DNA of 64,000 nucleotides, taken from positions 35,573,703-35,637,702 of the forward strand of contig CP154954.1 in assembly GCA_039621445.1 (NCBI GenBank), given 5' to 3'. Below, piece after piece: positions 36,628 through 47,570 of the stretch. The translations under genes and the position numbers were made by a program. Below the pieces are notes generated by a model, which saw nothing but the letters and a program-made list of their open reading frames with translations, had not been told where the DNA came from and did no database searches. Numbering within the stretch: the first letter of the stretch is position 1; each line of letters begins with the position of its first letter. The DNA is from Euglena gracilis. Its lineage: Eukaryota.

Positions 36628-37316
36628 TGTGCGCGGTCCGAGGGTGCCCGCCCCAAGGAGAGGTCCCAAGGGGGCCCAAAGGGGCCCCGAAGGGCCGCAA
36701 GGGGGCTCCAAGGCCCCCAAGGGCCTTTTGAGGTCCCACTGGTCCCCAAAGGGGCCCCACAGCCCATTTTGAGCAAGCCAAGGGAAGGTAAAGGAGGGGG
36801 CAGTTTGAGGGGGCCAACAGGCAACCCCCAAGGGGATGCGCAAGCCCTGCAGGGCTTTGCGCAAGCATGCGCACCCCCTTGGTGGGCGCTTAGGATGGCA
36901 CAATTCATTAAGAATTGCGCAAAGTATACCAAGTAGCCCCCCAGCTGTAGCCCCCCTCCAATTGCACATTTTCTGCACAGGGCCCTGTTTACACTCTGTT
37001 CACATACTGTGCCTCTGTTCATTGTTTGGCATTCAATTGTGTTTTTGCATTTGGCAGTCAACAAACAATCAAACAAGTTCAAGCAAACAAGTCCAAGGCA
37101 TTGACCAGATTATTCAATCAAGTTCAATTGAGTGGACCCCAAAAGTATGTATTTTTCCAATTCTGCAGCTTCACCTACACTAACACCAACCCCTAACCCA
37201 CTTTTTCACCAAGCGGAAAGCCCTGTGGGCCCGACGGGCTCAAATTTTAACGATCCAACGCGGGTTGCGCCACCAGGGGTCTCTTCACAGGGACCTCAGG
37301 AGGGGCAACCCCAACA
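36628..37316 (+). repeat. 3' LTR (689 bp)
   Basis: TGTGCGCGGTCC...GGCAACCCCAACA; direct repeat of 21869-22557. Confidence 0.95.
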
Positions 37317-37334
37317 TGGTAGCAGAGCCCAACA

Positions 37335-40300
37335 CAATTTGGTCCTTTTTTCATGGTAACCCGGGCTGACCTGGTAAATGTCCCCCGGAATGGTCGAATG
37401 CACCCATCTAAATCTGCTCATTTCTTGCAAACAACATTCCCGCTGCATGTTTTTCTTACCATTAAACCACGACAATCATGAAACCAACGGGTCCCCTGAC
37501 TTTGGAGGCCTCCTGGAACACGCATTCGGTAACTCGGAGTAAGACCCAATTTTGTCCATTTTTACATGGTAACCTGGGCTGACCTGGTAAATGTCCCCCG
37601 GAATGGTCGAATGCACCCGTCTAAATCTGCTCATTTCTTGCAACCAACCTTCCGGCTGCATGTTTTTCTTCCCATTAAACCACGACAATCATGAAACCAA
37701 CGGGTCCCCTGTCTTTGGAGGCCTCCTGGAACACGCATTCGGTAACTCGGAGTAAGGCCCAATTTGGTCCATTTTTACATGGTAACCTGGGCTGACCTGG
37801 TAAATGTCCCCCGGAATGGTCGAATGCACCCATCTAAATGTGCTCATTTCTGGCAACCAACATTCCCGCTGCATGTTTTTCTTACCATTAAACCACGACA
37901 ATCATGAAAGCAACGGGTCCCCTGACTTTGGAGGCCTCCTGGAACACCCATTCGGTAACTCGGAGTAAGGCCCAATTTGGTCCATTTTTACATGGTAACC
38001 TGGGCTGAACTGGTAAATGTACCCCGGAATTGTCGAATGCACCCATCTAAATGTGCTCATTTCTTGCAACCAACGTTACGGCTGCATGTTTTTCTTACCA
38101 TTAAACCACGACAATCATGAAACCAACGGGTCCCGTGACTTTGGAGGCCTCCTGGAACACCCATTCGGTTACTCGGAGTAAGGCCCAATTTGGTCCATTT
38201 TTACATGGTAACCTGGGCTGACCTGGTAAATGTCCCCCGGAATGGTCGAATGCACCCATCTAAATCTTCTCATTTCTTGCAACCAACCTTCCCGCTGCAT
38301 GTTTTTCTTACCATTAAACCACGACAATCATGAAACCAACGGGTCCCCTGACTTTGGAGGGCTCCTGGAACACCCATTCGGTAACTCGGAGTAAGGCCCA
38401 ATTTGGTCCATTTTTACATGGTAACCTGGGCTGACCTGGTAAATGTCCCCCGGAATGGTCGAATGCACCCATCTAAATGAGCTCATTTCTTGCAACCAAC
38501 CTTCCCGCTGCATATTTTTCTTGACATTGAACCACGACAATCATGAAACCAACGAGTGCCCTGACCTTGGAGGCCTCCTGGAACACCCATTCGGTTACTC
38601 GGAGTAAGGCCCAATTGGGTCCATTTTTACATGGTAACCTGGGCTGACCTGGTAAATGTCCCCCGGAATGGTCGAATGCACCCATCTAAATGTGCTCATT
38701 TCTTGCAACCAACCTTCCGGCTGCATGTTTTTCTTACCATTAAACCACGACAATCATGAAACCAACGGGTCCCCTGACTTTGGAGGCCTCCTGGAACACC
38801 CATTCGGTTACTCGGAGTAAGGCCCAATTTGGTCCATTTTTACATGGTAACCTGGGCTGACCTGGTAAATCTTCCCCGGAATGGTCGAATGCACCCATCT
38901 AAATCTGCTCATTTCTTGAAACCAACATTCCGGCTGCATGTTTTTCTTACCATTAAACCACGACAATCATGAAACCAACGGGTCCCCTGACTTTGGAGGC
39001 CTCCTGGAACACCCATTCGGTAACTCGGAGTAAGGCCCAATTTGGTCCATTTTTACATGGTAACCTGGGCTGACCTGGTAAATGTCCCCCGGAATGGTCG
39101 AATGCACCCATCTAAATCTGCTCATTTCTTGCAACCAACATTCCGGCTGCATGTTTTTCTTACCATTAAACCACAACAATCATGAAACCAACGGGTCCCC
39201 TGACTTTGGAGGCCTCCTGGAACACCCATTCGGTAACTCGGAGTAAGGCCCAATTTGGTCCATTTTTACATGGTAACCTGGGCTGACCTGGTAAATGTCC
39301 CCCGGAATGGTCGAATGCACCCATCTAAATCTGCTCATTTCTTGCAACCAACATTCCGGCTGCATGTTTTTCTTACCATTAAACCACGACAATCATGAAA
39401 CCAACGGGTCCCCTGACTTTGGAGGCCTCCTGGAACACCCATTCGGTAACTCGGAGTAAGGCCCAATTTGGTCCATTTTTACATGGTAACCTGGGCTGAC
39501 CTGGTAAATGTCCCCCGGAATGGTCGAATGCACCCATCTAAATGTGCTCATTTCTTGCAACCAACATTTCCGCTGCATGTTTTTCTTACCATTAAACCAC
39601 GACAATCATGAAACCAACGGGTCCCCTGACTTTGGAGGCCTCCTGGAACACCCATTCGGTAACTCGGAGTAAGGCCCAATTTGGTCCATTTTTACATGGT
39701 AACCTGGGCTGACCTGGTAAATGTCCCCCGGAATGGTCGAATGCACCCATCTAAATCTGCTCATTTCTTGCAACCAACATTCCGGCTGCATGTTTTCTTA
39801 CCATTAAACCACGACAATCATGAAACCAACGGGTCCCCTGACTTTGGAGGCCTCCTGGAACACCCATTCGGTAACTCGGAGTAAGGCCCAATTTGGTCCA
39901 TTTTTACATGGTAACCTGGGCTGACCTGGAAAATGTCCCCCGGAATGGTCGAATGCACCCATCTAAATCTGCTCATTTCTTGCAACCAACATTCCCGCTG
40001 CATGTTTTTCTTACCATTAAACCACGACAATCATGAAACCAACGGGTCCCCTGACTTTGGAGGCCTCCTGGAACACCCATTCGGTTACTCGGAGTAAGGC
40101 CCAATTTGGTCCATTTTTACATGGTAACCTGGGCTGACCTGGTAAATGTCCCCCGGAATGGTCGAATGCACCCATCTAAATCTGCTCATTTCTTGCAACC
40201 AACATTCCGGCTGCATGTTTTTCTTACCATCAATCCACGACAATCATGAAACCAACGGGCCCCCTGACTTTGGAGGCCTCCTGGAACACCCATTCGGTTA

Positions 40301-42883
40301 CTCGGAGTAAGGCCCAATTTGGTCCATTTTTACATGGTAACCTGGGCTGACCTGGTAAATGTCCCCCGGAATGGTCGAATGCACCCATCTAAATCTGCTC
40401 ATTTCTTGCAACCAACATTCCGGCTGCATGCTTTTCTTACCATTAAACCACGACAATCATGAAAGCAACGTGTCCCCTGACTTTGGAGGCCTCCTGGAAC
40501 ACCCATTCGGTTACTCGGAGTAAGGCCCAATTTGGTCCATTTTTACATGGTAACCTGGGCTGACCTGGTAAATGTCCCCCGGAATGGTCGAATGCACCCA
40601 TCTAAATCTGCTCATTTCTTGCAACCAACCTTCCGGCTGCATGTTTTTCTTACCATTAAACCACGACAATCATGAAACCAACGGGTCCCCTGACTTTGGA
40701 GGCCTCCTGGAACACCCATTCGGTAACTCGGAGTAAGGCCCAATTTGGTCCATTTTTACATGGTAACCTGGGCTGACCTGGTAAATGTCCCCCGGAATGG
40801 TCGAATGCACCCATCTAAATCTGCTCAATTCTTGCAACCAGCATTCTCGATGCATGTTTTTCTTACCATTAAACCACGACAATCATGAAACCAACGGGTC
40901 CCCTGACTTTGGAGGGCTCCTGGAACGCCCATTCGGTTACTCGGAGTAAGGCCCAATTTGGTCCATTTTTACATGGTAACCTGGGCTGACCTGGTAAATG
41001 TCCCCCGGAATGGTCGAATGCACCCATCTAAATCTGCTCATTTCTTGCAACCAACATTCCCGCTGCATGTTTTCTTACCATTAAACCACGACAATCATGA
41101 AACCAACGGGTCCCCTGACTTTGGAGGCCTCCTGGAACACCCATTCGGTAACTCGGAGTAAGGCCCAATTTGGTCCATTTTTACATGGTAACCTGGGCTG
41201 ACCTGGTAAATGTCCCCCGGAATGGTCGAATGCACCCATCTAAATCTGCTCATTTCTTGCAACCAACATTCCCGCTGCATGTTTTCTTACCATTAAACCA
41301 CGACAATCATGAAACCAACGGGTCCCCTGACTTTGGAGGCCTCCTGGAACACCCATTCGGTTACTCGGAGTAAGGCCCAATTTGGTCCATTTTTACATGG
41401 TAACCTGGGCTGACCTGGTAAATGTCCCCCGGAATGGTCGAATGCACCCATCTAAATCTGCTCATTTCTTGCAACCAACATTCCCGCTGCATGTTTTTCT
41501 TACCATTAAACCACGACAATCATGAAACCAACGGGTCCCCTGACTTTGGAGGCCTCCTGGAACACCCATTCGGTTACTCGGAGTAAGGCCCAATTTGGTC
41601 CATTTTTACATGGTAACCTGGGCTGACCTGGTAAATGTCCCCCGGAATGGTCGAATGCACCCATCTAAATCTGCTCATTTCTTGCAACCAACATTCCCGC
41701 TGCATGTTTTCTTACCATTAAACCACGACAATCATGAAACCAACGGGTCCCCTGACTTTGGAGGCCTCCTGGAACACCCATTCGGTTACTCGGAGTAAGG
41801 CCCAATTTGGTCCATTTTTACATGGTAACCTGGGCTGACCTGGTAAATGTCCCCCGGAATGGTCGAATGCACCCATCTAAATCTGCTCATTTCTTGCAAC
41901 CAACCTTCCGCTGCATGTTTTTCTTACCATTAAACCACGACAATCATGAAACCAACGGGTCCCCTGACTTTGGAGGCCTCCTGGAACACCCATTCGGTTA
42001 CTCGGAGTAAGGCCCAATTTGGTCCATTTTTACATGGTAACCTGGGCTGACCTGGTAAATGTCCCCCGGAATGGTCGAATGCACCCATCTAAATTTGGTT
42101 ATTTTTTGGAACCAACCTTCCGGGCTGCATGTTTTCTTACCATTAAACCACGACAATCATGAAACCAACGGGTCCCCTGACTTTGGAGGCCTCCTGGAAC
42201 ACCCATTCGGTTACTCGGAGTAAGGCCCAATTTGGTCCATTTTTACATGGTAACCTGGGCTGACCTGGTAAATGTCCCCCGGAATGGTCGAATGCACCCA
42301 TCTAAATCTGCTCATTTCTTGCAACCAACATTCCCGCTGCATGTTTTCTTACCATTAAACCACGACAATCATGAAACCAACGGGTCCCCTGACTTTGGAG
42401 GCCTCCTGGAACACCCATTCGGTTACTCGGAGTAAGGCCCAATTTGGTCCATTTTTACATGGTAACCTGGGCTGACCTGGTAAATGTCCCCCGGAATGGT
42501 CGAATGCACCCATCTAAATCTGCTCATTTCTTGCAACCAACCTTCCCGCTGCATGTTTTTCTTACCATTAAACCACGACAATCATGAAACCAACGGGTCC
42601 CCTGACTTTGGAGGCCTCCTGGAACACCCATTCGGTTACTCGGAGTAAGGCCCAATTTGGTCCATTTTTACATGGTAACCTGGGCTGACCTGGTAAATGT
42701 CCCCCGGAATGGTCGAATGCACCCATCTAAATCTGCTCATTTCTTGCAACCAACATTCCGCTGCATGCTTTTCTTACCATTAAACCACGACAATCATGAA
42801 ACCAACGGGTCCCCTGACTTTGGAGGCCTCCTGGAACACCCATTCGGTTACTCGGAGTAATGCCCAATTTGGTCCATTTTTAC
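37335..42883 (+). repeat. 213-bp tandem satellite array (~26 units), same family and orientation as 8020-21862
   Basis: Same unit sequence and period; ends abruptly at ...GGTCCATTTTTAC (42883). Confidence 0.98.
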
Positions 42884-43204
42884 GCGCCTTCGGCGCCGGG
42901 TCACTTTCGTGGTTTTTTTGCCGACCTGCGTGCGCGCGCGTGTGTGTGTGTCGGTTTGTGAGGCATTCTGCCACACTTGAAAAAAAAATGCAGACAACTG
43001 TGGTAAAATGAAAAATGACGCTGTGAACACCTCGGGTTTTATATTTTTTCCCCGATGATGCCAGAAATATCAAGCAAAAAAAAACGCCAAACCATTCTCT
43101 TTTTGCACTTTTTGCAAATAAATGGGACAAAATGCAAACCGATCTGCAAAATTTGGGAAGGTTGATATTATAACTTCGGAGGGACAGGGATGCAAAGGGA
43201 TGCC

Positions 43205-43253
43205 AGCCAGGCGTAAAGCGATGGTCTCCATCTGGTCATCTGCGTGGTGGGCT
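43205..43253 (-). CDS. tilS: tilS-like exon D (3' boundary approximate)
   Basis: (T)AHHADDQMETIALRLA matches the TilS/TtcA-family motif AHHxDDQxET. Confidence 0.85.
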
Positions 43254-44068
43254 CACCCCACACCCCTGTCGGCCGTGTCCCCCCACCACCCGCAAAACGG
43301 CAGAAGCACAGATATATCGTGTAGGGGGGGGGGGGGCGGTGGGCAGACCATGCAGGACCTACACCGCTATCCAGACATCTAGATTTGAACCGAAAACTGC
43401 GTGCGAGTCCTTCAGGGATGGGAAATCTCTTCCCATTTCTGCGGAAATGAGAGGGACACACAGTTGGTGTCACCTGTTTTGGCCGGGAGTCACCAATTGG
43501 GGAAACCAAATAAACGAAAAGCTTTCCCTCCCCCTGCCATACAGCCCCCCCCTCAAAATCAGACCCCCCTTTCGGGATTTTTGGCATTGGTTCCCTCCAG
43601 ACAGACCCCCAACACTTGTGAAAATGCCAAAAAATGGATAATAATGATATGTTCCTTCTGTGGTTCCATTTTCTGGAGTATCCAGAAATCAACCTCATAA
43701 ATCCCACATTGTGTGTGTGGGGGGGGGGACACTCACAAGGGTGGGACGGAGCTTGAAGAAATACGTTCAACTTGCATCTTCGAGAAAAATTTGAATCTTC
43801 AAATCAAATCAGGAATCACTTCCAAATTAGCACCAGTTTGGTGAAAATCAAATAAAATTCTTTCCTTTTATTTCTATTTAAAATTAAACAAAATTGGCTT
43901 TCGGTGAAGCGGTGGAAGATTTTGGAGACATATCATTTATGCAAATTCTCTCGACACATTTCTGCAACCCCAACCCCCGTCCCACAGGAAACAACCCACA
44001 CACCTGCCGATTACGGTGCTTTGATGGCACTTGGGTACCGAGTCCCGGGACAGAGCAGGGGTGTGGCC

Positions 44069-44156
44069 GTGACGACGCATGCCCCGGGCCCCAGCCGCTC
44101 CAGCAACTGCTGGCACTCCACGCGGCGCCAGGCCCGGGCCTTCGCCTGCATCCCAT
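44069..44156 (-). CDS. tilS: tilS-like exon C
   Basis: (H)GMQAKARAWRRVECQQLLERLGPGACVV(T); corresponds to the TilS AR..R helix preceding TAH. Confidence 0.75.
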
Positions 44157-44204
44157 GCCGGCGTGGCCCGGCGAGGGGGGGGCCGGGGAGGATGGCCATC
44201 GGCC

Positions 44205-44281
44205 ACACGTCCCTCGCATGACAGCTGTGACTTGCCGAGGAGGTCACACGTCCCTTGCGTGACAGCTGTGACTTGCCGAGG
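44205..44281 (+). repeat. Two tandem ~40-bp copies (CACACGTCCCTYGCRTGACAGCTGTGACTTGCCGAGG), intronic
   Basis: Direct repeat visible at ~44204 and ~44245. Confidence 0.85.
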
Positions 44282-44949
44282 GGACCCCCCTGAAGCATTT
44301 TGCCAGGACAAATATCATCAGCGCCGATGCTGCTGGAAACCTTGGGGTGGCCCAGTGGCAGATGGGAGACCCTGTCCCCTCGCCACAAACAGCTTGAGGG
44401 GGAATTTCGCCCTTCAGCCCCAACAAAGTGTACACAGTATTTGGACCCCCCCAGCTGCTGCGATGGGGGGGGTCACCAAAAAATTGGGGTGACTGCTTGG
44501 ATAGATGGTGTATTGGGCCTCATGCTGGAGTGAGCGGATTAAGGCCCACGACGGGCAAGGGTGGGTGGGAACGAAATGATGAAGAAGAAAGAACGTTTTG
44601 GGGGGGGGACAATTTGAGGCTGTGGAGTTCGAAAATGAAATGAATGCGAAATATGTGTGATGGGCTTCGTTTGAACAACCGCAGTGGGCTTTGCTGCGGT
44701 TGTTGTTGTGGGTGCCTGAACCATAGCAGGCATACATCTGCATTGGGGGTGGTTGGTTTCGGGTCCTGGTCCTGGCCAAGCAAGGCGAATTCCCCTCGGA
44801 AACTCGGAAACTGCCATTTCCGGGCTTTAGGTGTCGAGGGGGGCTATAACGCTAACCACCCCAGAACCTGACCTCACCCTGGAGGGTAGAAAACGCCATG
44901 CCCCCCCCTGGGTGCGCAACAGGGCGTTCCTCGAGGACATCCCAGGGGG

Positions 44950-45190
44950 GGGGGTCCAGCTCAGAGGCAGGAAAAATTCGGCTGGCTGGAAAAAGGCTGC
45001 TGGCTGACCTCCCCCTCCATTATCCCTGGCTGGGGCTGGACCCGACCCCGGGGTCGAACCACGTACCAAAGAATCGAAATCGCAGAAATGCCCCCAAAAA
45101 AACTGCCAATTATGCAATAAATAAATTCCTGACCCCAAATTTGCCGTGGCCAGCCCTCTTCCGACCCATTTCAGCACATTTTTCATCCAT
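44950..45190 (+). repeat. Dispersed repeat; diverged inverted copy at ~54135-54335
   Basis: TGACCCCAAATTTGCCGTGGCCAGCCCT..CGACCCATTT is the reverse complement of AAATGGGTCGAATAGGGCTGGCCAGGGCAAATTTGGGGTCA. GGTCCAGCTCAGA pairs with TCTGAGCTGGACC. Confidence 0.75.
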
Positions 45191-46681
45191 TTGCGCCGAT
45201 TTTCAGCCTGCTTTTCTACCCCCAAAAACGAAAAATTCGTTACCGTCATCCGTAAAATAAATATAGAAGCACAGCGGTCCAGCGGATACAACTAGCATCA
45301 AATCAGAGATTGGGGGCCCGAATGTTTTCGGACTGGGTACCTGTGGCCGACAAGCCACTCACTGGCTGCACCCCTCCAAAAGCAATGGCTGGCGAAATAT
45401 ACCAATTTGGGTTGATCAAGGATCCGCCAGAATTTCTGCCAGCTGGAAAAGGAAATAAGTAGTTCCCGGGGGTGCCTGTGTTTTTTCATGGAGAAAACTG
45501 ACTGCGTCTGGAGAGGGTTGGTGGCCAAAAAAAAAAACGGCTAAAAATGATTTTGGCAATTCTTGTGAGACCAAATATCCTAAAAAAACAACATTTTTGT
45601 GGAAATTTGCCAAAAATTATGTTCTACAGGGGGGGTTGGGTCATTTTGTGGGTCGGATTTTGGCCAACAATTCCTTGACCTACTACCCCCCCCCCCTGCT
45701 TACCAACCCCCTGGGATTCAATGAATGGGTCAGACACCCCAGGGTTGGGAGTTGTTTCTGGGTCCGGTACCTGGCCGACCAAGGCAAATTTCCCTTGACC
45801 TTTAGAGGGGCACCAAACTACTTCGAAGATTGCAAGAGAAACCATGCCTGCCCGTATCCAAAGCAGGGAGGTGTGTTAAAAACACCTTTTGTATTGAACA
45901 GGGGGGCAGGCAGGGCAATGTAGATATCAAATAAATAAATATCTATACATACATTTATTGTTATATAACTATATATATAATATATATTATATTATATACA
46001 TTATAAAAATAGATATAGAATTTTGGCAGGGAGCACCCTGATAGCCCCATATACACACACGCATGCATACACATTTACATAAATATACATATATGTATAT
46101 TTATATATACACTGATACACGTGCACACACCTCTTGTCTATTTATGCCCATGTGTATAGACAAGAGAGGGTATTTCACCCCCAAGGAGCGGGTTCATAGC
46201 AGTTATATCAAGGCATTTTGTGCGGCGTTTGAGTTCGCTACATCACAACATGCTATGCTGATTTTTTAAAAAAAAGGTTTGTATAATAGGAGATTGATCT
46301 CTCTGCAAACAGCAACATTTAACATTCAAAAAATTTAACAATAAAGAACAATAGGTCTTGCAAATGCAATTGCAAAATTGCACTTTCAACATACGATTGA
46401 AATGAAATGTCTTAAAGCTAACCCTTGCAGACCGATAGAGAGGAGGTGCATCTTTTTGTTTGGAATTCTGACATTTGCTTTCAACGAACAGGCTGAGGTC
46501 TGCCGAACTCTTCTTTCCCTTCTCACACCCCCCTTGTTACCTATCCCCTTCCCAGACCCTAATTTTTAGGTTCATCTTTCGGTAGTGGCATGGCAGTCAT
46601 GGGCTAGAGTCAGCCTCCACCTGAAGTTCACCGAATGAAAGACACCGCTTGGACCAACACCCACAGAGCTGGGCCACGGCA

Positions 46682-46744
46682 GGCGGACGTCGATGCCGAG
46701 GCTCTCGTGCGCCCAGGCGTGAACTTCACACGGGATTTGGTAGT
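46682..46744 (-). CDS. tilS: tilS-like exon B
   Basis: (H)YQIPCEVHAWAHESLGIDVR. Phase-compatible with exons A and C when the introns are cut at their paired ends. Confidence 0.65.
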
Positions 46745-46801
46745 GGGAGCATGGATGGGGACGGGGGGGGAAGGGAATTTCGGCGGGGGAAAATTTGGAA
46801 A

Positions 46802-46820
46802 ATGATGATGATGATGTTAT

Positions 46821-46865
<45 letters not shown>

Positions 46866-47040
46866 GTGATGAGGGTGGTGGTGGTGGGGTGGGGTGGGTG
46901 GTGGTGGTGATGATGATGATGATGGTGGTGGGTGGTGGTGGTGGTGGTGGGTGGTGGTGGTGGTGGTGGTGGTGGTGGGTGGGTGGTGGTGGTGGGGGTG
47001 GTGGGTGTGGTGGTGGTGGTGGGGGGGATGATGATGATGG
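46802..47040 (+). repeat. (GAT)n/(GGT)n compound trinucleotide microsatellite, intronic
   Basis: Directly visible. Confidence 0.95.
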
Positions 47041-47387
47041 ATCCGGAAAAAAAAAAAGAATCGTCTTTCAACACAAAAGGAGTGAGCGTGCTAAAAGACA
47101 TGATTGTTTAACTTATTGATAATTATAAAAATGAGCGGAAAAAAAAAACTTTCGGTTTTGGTTCTGGGGTTGAAAATGATGGGGGGGGGGGGCTGGTGGC
47201 GCTCTCTTGGTTGGTGGTTTGATGTGGTGGGGGGGGTTGGGGGGGGTTGGTTGATGATGGGGAGGCAGGGGGAGTCCAACACCGCCGCGATTTGCTGAAC
47301 AGGTGCAGGGTCAGCGCAGGCCGCAGGGCCACTGGCTTCGGATCCTTTAAACTGAAGGCGCTCTGGCGGCCACCCCAAACCATGGGC

Positions 47388-47570
47388 GGGCAGCCCAGCG
47401 CTGGACAGCTCCGCCTCCGCCGCGCTCTCCGCGCGCAGGCGGTGGTTGAAGTTGACGACGTGCAGCGGGCAGCGGCCGGCCGGGGCTGCCGGTCCCTACC
47501 CCGGGCCAGCAGGGACAGCGCGAGGCTGTCCACGCCGCCGCTGACGCAGCAGAAGGGGCGTGCCGGCCGC
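47388..47570 (-). CDS. tilS: tilS-like exon A (PP-loop); two apparent frameshifts; 5' boundary approximate
   Basis: Minus strand reads CVSGGVDSLALSLLA / PLHVVNFNHRLRAESAAEAEL / VQRWAA. These are the SGGxDS PP-loop and the NH.LR.ES..EA..V motif of TilS. Confidence 0.8.

Larger units (their letters stand above)
21869..37316 (+). mobile_element. Full-length (~15.4 kb) Ty3/Gypsy chromodomain LTR retrotransposon encoding DNA methyltransferase domains, copy 2 (decayed)
   Basis: Two 689-bp TG...CA LTRs, PBS, PPT, gag with zinc knuckles, and MTase-MTase-PR-RT-RH-IN-CHD order. Confidence 0.95.

Noticed and set aside
37186-37200. CCCTAACCC as a telomeric repeat
   Set aside because: A single unit inside the LTR, not an array.
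21869-37316. DIRS-type element (suggested by the Dam-like domain)
   Set aside because: It has direct TG...CA LTRs, PBS/PPT, an aspartic protease and a DDE integrase; no tyrosine recombinase was seen.
8020-42883. Satellite as a CRISPR array or as tandem 67-70 aa genes
   Set aside because: Units are contiguous and near-identical, with no unique spacers and no cas genes. The small ORFs open and close with single-base variants.
46649-47119. Poly-D/G/W/M ORF
   Set aside because: Trinucleotide microsatellite inside a predicted tilS intron.
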